DNA from: Methanothrix sp.
GTDB lineage: Archaea; Halobacteriota; Methanosarcinia; Methanotrichales; Methanotrichaceae
NCBI GenBank assembly: GCA_037128175.1
Contig: JBAXWY010000003.1
Location: 32,001-96,000, forward strand
DNA length: 64,000 nt
Direction of reading: 5' to 3'
The translations under genes and the position numbers were made by a program. This document shows positions 57,931-64,000 of this stretch, in pieces. The notes below the pieces were generated by a model that saw nothing but the letters and a program-made list of their open reading frames with translations, ran no database searches and was not told the origin of the DNA. The stretch's first letter is position 1, and every line of letters starts with the position of its first letter.

Positions 57931-60267
57931 TCAAGCAGCGTACAAAAGCACTTGTAGCTGGTCCACTGCGTCTTTTAACCTTTCCTCTCCACCAAAGATG
58001 GTGATTATCTCCGTTACGTTCCCGTGTTCGGAAATAGGTGGCACCTTCAGCACCTGTGGCATCACGAACTGGGCCGTGCCGTGCTCTGAGTACTTCTCCA
58101 GCAGCTCCTCCAAAATGGCCCTGGCCTCCGGGCCGTATTGCCCAAAGAAGTCCGGCTTCTTTCGCCGAAGTTGCTCCGCTCGCTGCCTGCGCGTCTGCAG
58201 GGGCGCATTGAAGGCCAGGTGGCAGAGCAGGTCAAAGGAATCAGCCTCAGGCTGTCCGGCCTCACGGGCCAGGCTCTGGAAATCAATTCCTCTCTCCTCC
58301 AGGGCGGCCATGATCTCCGCCCTCTGCTCGAGATCTGCCCACTTGGCCCGCAGGACGGAGGCCGTGGGATAAAGCGTTCTCACCTTTTCGGCGGCATAGT
58401 CTGTGAACTTGATGACACGCAGTTGCTTTCCATCCGGGTCCAGCTCGGAGACGTAGTGCGTGGCGATCTCAAAGTGCCCGCCGTCCACGTAGAACTTGCG
58501 CGGTGCATTTTCACCCTCATTCGGCGTGTTCGCCTCTTCGTCCTCTCCGCCACTGCCGCCCGCTCTGCCTCCTCCTCCACCCTTTTTGCTCTCCCCATCA
58601 CCTGTGCCAATGGGGTCTCCGTCAAAATCCGGATCGGCGAAGAGCAGCGTGGCGCTGCCCGTGTAATCCAGAATGGAGAAGAAGAGCTTGCCGTAGTCGT
58701 CCCGCACTCGTGTGCCCCGGCCAATGATCTGCTTGAACTCGGTCATGGAGCCAATAACCCTGGCCAGAACGATATTCTTGCAGGTGGGCGCATCTACGCC
58801 CGTGGTGAGCAGCTTGGAGGTGGTCAGAATCACGGGCGTGATAGTCTCAAGCTCCTGAAACCGGCCCAAATGGCCCATTCCAATCTGTCCCTCATCCGAT
58901 GTCACCCGGCAGACATAATCTGAATTCTTGGCCACCAGATCGGAATTAAGGTTATTGAGCGCCCGGCGCATGTCGTCGGCGTGCTCCTGGTCCACGCAAA
59001 AGACGATGGTCTTGGCGAATCGATCCGTATTTCTCATGAACTCGGCCAGATGGCGAGCGATGGCCTCAGTGCGCGCCCGCAAAGCAATGACGCGCTCGAA
59101 ATCCTTGGTCTGGTACTCGCCATCCGGAATCTCATGGCCAAAGCGATCCTTCTCTCCCTGGCTGGGCCTCCAGCCAGCCGCATCCACATCCGTGACAATG
59201 CGATGCACCCGGTAAGGAGCCAGAAATCCGTCCTCAATTCCTTGCCGCAGACTGTAGGTGTAAATGGGATCGCCAAAGTAGGCGTAAGTGTCCCGGTTGT
59301 CATCGCGTAGCGGGGTGGCCGTCATTCCCAACTGGTAAGCGGGCTGGAAATACTCCAAAATTTCTCGCCAGTTGCTCTCGTCCCTGGCACTGCCCCGGTG
59401 GCACTCATCTACTATTATCAGATCAAAGAAATCCGGCTGGTATTCGCGGAAGAGGCTTGGTCGCCGCTCGTCCTTGGCCAGGGATTGGTAGATGGCAAAG
59501 TACATCTCGCGGCTCTTGATGGCATCTCCATTCTCGATCTTCCAGCGAGCGTCTCCAAAGGGCGTGAACGTCTTGTCCTTGGGGTCATCGATGAGGATAT
59601 TCCTGTCTGCCAGGTAGAGAATTCTGGGGCGTCGCTTCTCGCCCCGTGCATTCCAGCCGGACTCCCACAGCTTCCAGCAGATCTGGAAGGCCACGAAGGT
59701 CTTGCCGGTCCCCGTGGCCATGGTCAAAAGAACGCGATTCTTGCCCTGCAAGATGGCTTCAATGGACCGGTTGATGGCAATCTCCTGATAGTAGCGAGCC
59801 ACCTTTCCCGGCGAGTGGTAGTAGGGGGATAGAATTCGCTCTTTGGTCTGTGCGTCCTCAATTTTAGATGCCTGGCAATAGCGCGACCACAGCTCCTGCG
59901 GGGAAGGAAACGCCTCAAGGAAACATTCTTTTCCGGTTGTGAAGTCGAATTCGACTATACCTTCTCCGTTTGTGGCATAGGCGAATTTCAGGCCCAGAAA
60001 TTGTGCGTACTCTTTGGCCTGTTGCAGTCCATCGCCCGGGTTTTTATATTTTGGTTTGGCTTCGACAACAGCAATCTTGAAATCACGTGTATAGCGAAGC
60101 AGGTAATCGGCGCGCTTCCGGCTTTTTCGCTTGGCCTTATCGCCTACAACGAATATGCGGCCATCTGTAAAGTTCTGCTGCCCGGTGAAAGAATGGGGCT
60201 CATCGTCCCAGCCCGCTTGGACGAGTCTGGGCTCCACATATTTTCTGCAGGTATCTGCTTCGTTCAA
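57931..60267 (-). CDS. hsdR: Type I R-M restriction subunit (EcoAI/EcoEI-like)
   Basis: ADY.L...VVEAK...Q...Y nuclease, MATGTGKT, DECHRG, TATP, QIIGRGTR. Confidence 0.96.
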   Translation of the reverse strand: MNEADTCRKYVEPRLVQAGWDDEPHSFTGQQNFTDGRIFVVGDKAKRKSRKRADYLLRYTRDFKIAVVEAKPKYKNPGDGLQQAKEYAQFLGLKFAYATNGEGIVEFDFTTGKECFLEAFPSPQELWSRYCQASKIEDAQTKERILSPYYHSPGKVARYYQEIAINRSIEAILQGKNRVLLTMATGTGKTFVAFQICWKLWESGWNARGEKRRPRILYLADRNILIDDPKDKTFTPFGDARWKIENGDAIKSREMYFAIYQSLAKDERRPSLFREYQPDFFDLIIVDECHRGSARDESNWREILEYFQPAYQLGMTATPLRDDNRDTYAYFGDPIYTYSLRQGIEDGFLAPYRVHRIVTDVDAAGWRPSQGEKDRFGHEIPDGEYQTKDFERVIALRARTEAIARHLAEFMRNTDRFAKTIVFCVDQEHADDMRRALNNLNSDLVAKNSDYVCRVTSDEGQIGMGHLGRFQELETITPVILTTSKLLTTGVDAPTCKNIVLARVIGSMTEFKQIIGRGTRVRDDYGKLFFSILDYTGSATLLFADPDFDGDPIGTGDGESKKGGGGGRAGGSGGEDEEANTPNEGENAPRKFYVDGGHFEIATHYVSELDPDGKQLRVIKFTDYAAEKVRTLYPTASVLRAKWADLEQRAEIMAALEERGIDFQSLAREAGQPEADSFDLLCHLAFNAPLQTRRQRAEQLRRKKPDFFGQYGPEARAILEELLEKYSEHGTAQFVMPQVLKVPPISEHGNVTEIITIFGGEERLKDAVDQLQVLLYAA

Positions 60268-60464
60268 TAAGAAATCTTCTTTGATCCCTACGCCCCCAAC
60301 CAGTTACATGCTGATATGTGGAATCTGAATCAAAGTTCTATCATCAAGTATTTCTTACTTGCGTAATTATAGTACCGGTTAAAACTTTATGAAAAAATAT
60401 TCAAAAACAATTTGATTGGCCATCCAGAACAATATTAATGTAGGAGACACCAGGGTTTAGCCCG

Positions 60465-61649
60465 ATGACCGAGATCCGAGACCCCGTGCACGGCTATGTT
60501 TTGCTGGAGGGCCTGGCCCTGGAAATCGCGGACACACCCCAGATGCAGCGGCTGCGCTGGATCAAGCAGCTCGGCCTGGCCAGCCTGGTCTATCCCGGTG
60601 CCAATCACACTCGCTTCGAGCACAGCCTGGGAGCCTACCATCTGGCAGATCTGCTTGCGAACCATCTCGGTTTGCCAGAAGAGGATAAGATGCTGGTTTG
60701 CGCCGCAGCACTTTTGCACGACGTGGGCCACGGGCCACTCTCCCATGCCACCGAGTCGGCTCTTGCCCCATACCTGCGAAAAGATCACGAGAGCATCATT
60801 GATCTACTGAAGAAGGGCGAGCTTCGGGTAGTTTTAGACAACTACGGCCTGAAGGCCACCGATATTCAGGCCGCCATAAATGGAGTAGGTCTGGGGCAGA
60901 TCGTGAGCGGCGAGATCGATGTGGATAGGATGGACTACCTGATCCGGGATGCTCACTACACAGGCGTAGCCTACGGAGTGATCGATCGATTGCGTCTACT
61001 GCAAAAGATGACCCTTCACCAGGGACAGCTGGTGGTGGAGGCAGGAGGCGTGCAGGCGGCGACATCGCTTCTCATCTCCCGGCTGCTCATGCATCCATCC
61101 GTTTATTATCATCATGTCTGCCGCATCTCGGAGTGCATGATCTCCGCCGGGATCCGGCGCATGATTGAGGACGGAGCCAATGCTCCAACCGTAAAAGACA
61201 TGGACGACATCCAGCTCTTCAATTCCCTGGAAAGGTCGGGCGGCTATGCGGCGGAGATGGCTTCTCGCATCAAATCTCGGAGAATTTTTAAGCGCGCCGT
61301 TTACGTCGGGCTGGAGTGCCTGGACCCTTCCGTTCTCAAGGTAAGCGAAAAGATGCTGGCCCAGGAGATTGCCCATGAGGCGGGAGTAGAGGCAGATTAC
61401 ATTCTGGTGGACAATCCCACGCTTCCTGATACACCGGAGGGCAACTTTCCCGCTCTCGTCGAGGGTGAGGTCAGACCCCTGCGGGAGGTGTCTCCGCTAG
61501 TCAGCATCCTGGAAAGGGCGCACCGGGCTACCTGGCGCTTCGGGATCTACTGCCGGGAGGAAGATCGGGAGAATGTGGCCCAGGCGGCGCGAAGGTGTCT
61601 GAATCTCAAGAAAAATAGACTGATTTACAGATATATAAATACGTTTTAA
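60465..61649 (+). CDS. HD-domain phosphohydrolase (conserved archaeal type)
   Basis: RDPVHG, QRLR.IKQL, RFEHSLG, HDVGHGPLSH, DRMDYLIRD. Confidence 0.92.
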   Translation: MTEIRDPVHGYVLLEGLALEIADTPQMQRLRWIKQLGLASLVYPGANHTRFEHSLGAYHLADLLANHLGLPEEDKMLVCAAALLHDVGHGPLSHATESALAPYLRKDHESIIDLLKKGELRVVLDNYGLKATDIQAAINGVGLGQIVSGEIDVDRMDYLIRDAHYTGVAYGVIDRLRLLQKMTLHQGQLVVEAGGVQAATSLLISRLLMHPSVYYHHVCRISECMISAGIRRMIEDGANAPTVKDMDDIQLFNSLERSGGYAAEMASRIKSRRIFKRAVYVGLECLDPSVLKVSEKMLAQEIAHEAGVEADYILVDNPTLPDTPEGNFPALVEGEVRPLREVSPLVSILERAHRATWRFGIYCREEDRENVAQAARRCLNLKKNRLIYRYINTF

Positions 61650-61719
61650 TATGGATATTTTCTTGCGACTTGTCCTATAACAGTTACCTTTAAGTCGCAA
61701 GAGAGCATAAAAGACAGGA

Positions 61720-62172
61720 ATGGCATTTTCCGATGACGGACCGGCGATGAACAAGAATATTCTGGTCAAGACCATTCAGACCATGAACCAGCACCTGCCC
61801 AGTAAGCGAACCAATTTGGCCGAACTTTTGACCATGGAGAAGCCCGGCGTCAAGGGAAAGGATAATACTTTTTTCATCATGGACAAGGCCGAACTGAATC
61901 TGATCTCAGAGAGCCTGCCCAGATTTCTCTGGAGCCGACTGCGGCTACCCATGCTAATTGAGATGTCTCCCGATTTTGGCAATGGCGCTGCCCGGGTGCA
62001 GGGCGAGCCGGAGGTAGAGCTTGTAGCCAAGATCTTAGGCAAAGAAAGGCCGCAAGCCCAAACAAGGCAGATAATAATCTATCTTGCAGAGGTAAGGGAG
62101 CTACGAAGAAAGCTTCCCACCACCACCCAGTATGCTTTTGTAGCCAATCTCCGGGAGAGGATAGAGGACTGA
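61720..62172 (+). CDS. DUF61/UPF0216 family protein
   Basis: N.HLP..R..L.ELL....P, LRLP..IE, LRRKLPTTTQYAF. Confidence 0.8.
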   Translation: MAFSDDGPAMNKNILVKTIQTMNQHLPSKRTNLAELLTMEKPGVKGKDNTFFIMDKAELNLISESLPRFLWSRLRLPMLIEMSPDFGNGAARVQGEPEVELVAKILGKERPQAQTRQIIIYLAEVRELRRKLPTTTQYAFVANLRERIED

Positions 62173-62259
62173 TAGGTTCTTATTCCAGGGACAATAATAT
62201 TGTATTGCATAAAAATTGGAGTTCCTAGCTGTATCGAGTGGGTAATAGTATAATAGAGT

Positions 62260-62375
62260 CTCTGTGAGTTCTCCGTGTGCTCTCGGGTCTCTGTGGTTGA
62301 AACGTCGTTAGCCGCTGGTTATAACCAATGGCTACGAACCATTCACCACAGAGTTCACAGAGTACGCACAGAGAG
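62260..62375. repeat. Periodic (CTCTGTG)n inverted-repeat element, copy 2
   Basis: Left CTCTGTG arm, 34-bp core matching 18192-18225 with one mismatch, right arm ACCACAGAGTTCACAGAGTACGCACAGAG. Confidence 0.8.
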
Positions 62376-62454
62376 ACGAACTGACAACTGAAAAAACATA
62401 GTAATTGGAAATAGCGAAGAGCTAAAATTGGTGATACCGTTATGGAGGATTTCT

Positions 62455-63006
62455 ATGGATGATAGTAATCTGGCCGAAGGTGCAAGACAGTTTACCATAA
62501 AGATGAACCTGGGTGCCTACCAGGAGGCGGCAAAGATTAAGTCCGACTTTGGTTTGCCGAGTGATATGCTAATCGAGGCTGTCCGCAAAGCCTACGATGT
62601 TAATATGAAGAAAGGCGACTACTCTTTGGCTGCCGATCTGGCCAAGAAGTACGACCTTCCCGCGAATCTTCGATTGGAAGCGGCAGAGCGGTCATTCAAC
62701 CGGAAAATCGACAGCGAGTTTTATCATGCGGCTGCCGATTATGCCAAGGAATATGGCCTTCCTCAGGATCTGGTCCGGCAGGCTGCGGTTCAGGCTTATA
62801 ATAAGAGCATGAGCTTTGGTCTGGTTAAGAACGCAGCCGAGATTGCCGAGGAGTTTGAGCTTCCTAATGAGATGCTGCTGCAAGCGGCCACTAAGTCCTA
62901 CGAGCTGCATATGCAAGCCGGCCTTTACCGCAAGGCTTTGAAGATCGCGCAAAAGTACAAGCTTCCGCCGGAAATGATTCAGGCGGCAGAGAAGAAGATC
63001 TCCTAA
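62455..63006 (+). CDS. Helical repeat protein (about five 34-aa repeats)
   Basis: Repeating AA..A..Y.LP......A...(Y)...M..G; GGAGG RBS before ATG 62455. Confidence 0.75.
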   Translation: MDDSNLAEGARQFTIKMNLGAYQEAAKIKSDFGLPSDMLIEAVRKAYDVNMKKGDYSLAADLAKKYDLPANLRLEAAERSFNRKIDSEFYHAAADYAKEYGLPQDLVRQAAVQAYNKSMSFGLVKNAAEIAEEFELPNEMLLQAATKSYELHMQAGLYRKALKIAQKYKLPPEMIQAAEKKIS

Positions 63007-63033
63007 ATTCGCCGGACAAAAAATGGGTGACAA

Positions 63034-63873
63034 ATGCCACAAGTCGTGCTTACCATCGGCGGCTCTGACTCGGGGGGCGGGGCCGGCATCCAGGCGGACC
63101 TTAAGACGTTCTGCGTCCTGGGACTGCATGGAACCTGCGCCGTCACCGCCATTACTGCCCAAAACACTCAGGGTGTGCAACGGGTCTATGGCCTGGAACT
63201 CGGCATAGTAGTAGAGCAGATGAGGTCGATCACTGATGATTTCTCCGTTGCTTTTGCTAAAACGGGCATGCTCCACTCCGCCGAGATTGTGACTGCGGTG
63301 GCCCATCACCTGCGGATGACAGATATCCCCTTCGTCTTAGATCCGGTGATTGAAGCGGAAGCGGGTGGCAGGCTGCTTCGACCTGAGGCGGTAGAGGCGC
63401 TAAAAGCAGACCTCATTCCACTGGCAACGGTAGTAACTCCCAATATCTTCGAGGCCCAGGCTCTGACGGGAATAGTGGTTCGCGACAGAGACAGTGCAAA
63501 ACTCGCCGCACATGAGATCTTAGAGCTTGGGCCAAAAGCGGTAATCGTTAAGGGCGGCCATCTGGACTGCACCGATCTCCTGGCGAATGATGTTGAGGTC
63601 ATCCTTTTGCCGGGGAGAAGGGTGGCGGGGGGCAACCACGGCGTAGGATGCACCTACTCTGCCGCATTAACATCATTTCTGGCCCAGGGCTGCTCCCTTA
63701 AAGATGCGGCCTGCCAGGCCAAGAGGTTCGCAGAAAGGGCGCTTCTCGGCAGCATGCGAGTGGGAAAGGGCGTGGGGCCGGTCAACCAGGCAGCGGCATG
63801 CGGCGAATCGCTATTGTCCATGAACTTCGCTAGACAAGCGGTAGGGACAACCCCCGGGGACGGGAAGATATAA
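63034..63873 (+). CDS. thiD: Hydroxymethylpyrimidine/phosphomethylpyrimidine kinase
   Basis: [38 protein letters not shown]. Confidence 0.95.
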   Translation: MPQVVLTIGGSDSGGGAGIQADLKTFCVLGLHGTCAVTAITAQNTQGVQRVYGLELGIVVEQMRSITDDFSVAFAKTGMLHSAEIVTAVAHHLRMTDIPFVLDPVIEAEAGGRLLRPEAVEALKADLIPLATVVTPNIFEAQALTGIVVRDRDSAKLAAHEILELGPKAVIVKGGHLDCTDLLANDVEVILLPGRRVAGGNHGVGCTYSAALTSFLAQGCSLKDAACQAKRFAERALLGSMRVGKGVGPVNQAAACGESLLSMNFARQAVGTTPGDGKI

Positions 63874-63923
63874 ATTGGTGAGGCAAGGATGCACAACGAA
63901 TTGCTCTAGCTGGAGTGTTGATT

Positions 63924-64000
63924 ATGGGAAGTGTAAAACCTAGTTATATCAAGAATTTCGCGATGGATCTGTTGAGAACCTACGAAAGCTCATTTAGCCC
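63924..64000 (+). CDS. rps17e: 30S ribosomal protein S17e, runs off window end
   Basis: MGSVKPSYIKNFAMDLL..Y...FS resembles the S17e N-terminus (MG.IRP..IK..A..L...Y...F). Confidence 0.75.
   Translation, partial: MGSVKPSYIKNFAMDLLRTYESSFS

Noticed and set aside
58138-58923. 261-aa plus-strand ORF
   Set aside because: Antisense to hsdR

Overview
Archaeal methanogen chromosome segment, most consistent with Methanothrix (Methanosaeta): it carries an mcrBDGA operon without mcrC. Core blocks are an Fe-S/metal-cofactor cluster (NifX-like, DUF2202 x2, MinD-ferredoxin ATPases x2, DUF134, Mrp), mcr, topA, three tRNAs (one with an intron), pelota, Lrp/aminotransferase, tetrapyrrole genes (hemL, hemC, cobA-hemD, ahbC-like), larC, a potassium-uptake cluster (trkH-trkA-trkH plus kdpABC and a kinase-less kdpD), thiD and rps17e. 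Three accessory regions interrupt these. (i) 16.2-18.3 kb: toxin-antitoxin/small-gene patch with periodic inverted repeats next to a tRNA. (ii) 23.1-28 kb: cargo cassettes separated by repeated 3' remnants of a restriction-modification gene, including a dCTP-deaminase/dUTPase-fold protein with substituted catalytic residues, coupled to a 2-TM protein. This is the best candidate for an undescribed nucleotide-sensing defence system. (iii) 48.3-60.3 kb: a type I R-M island with an inserted GHKL-ATPase/nuclease, an ABC-ATPase+PIN pair and an HD-hydrolase+winged-helix pair. All assignments come from motif recognition by eye; no database searches were run.
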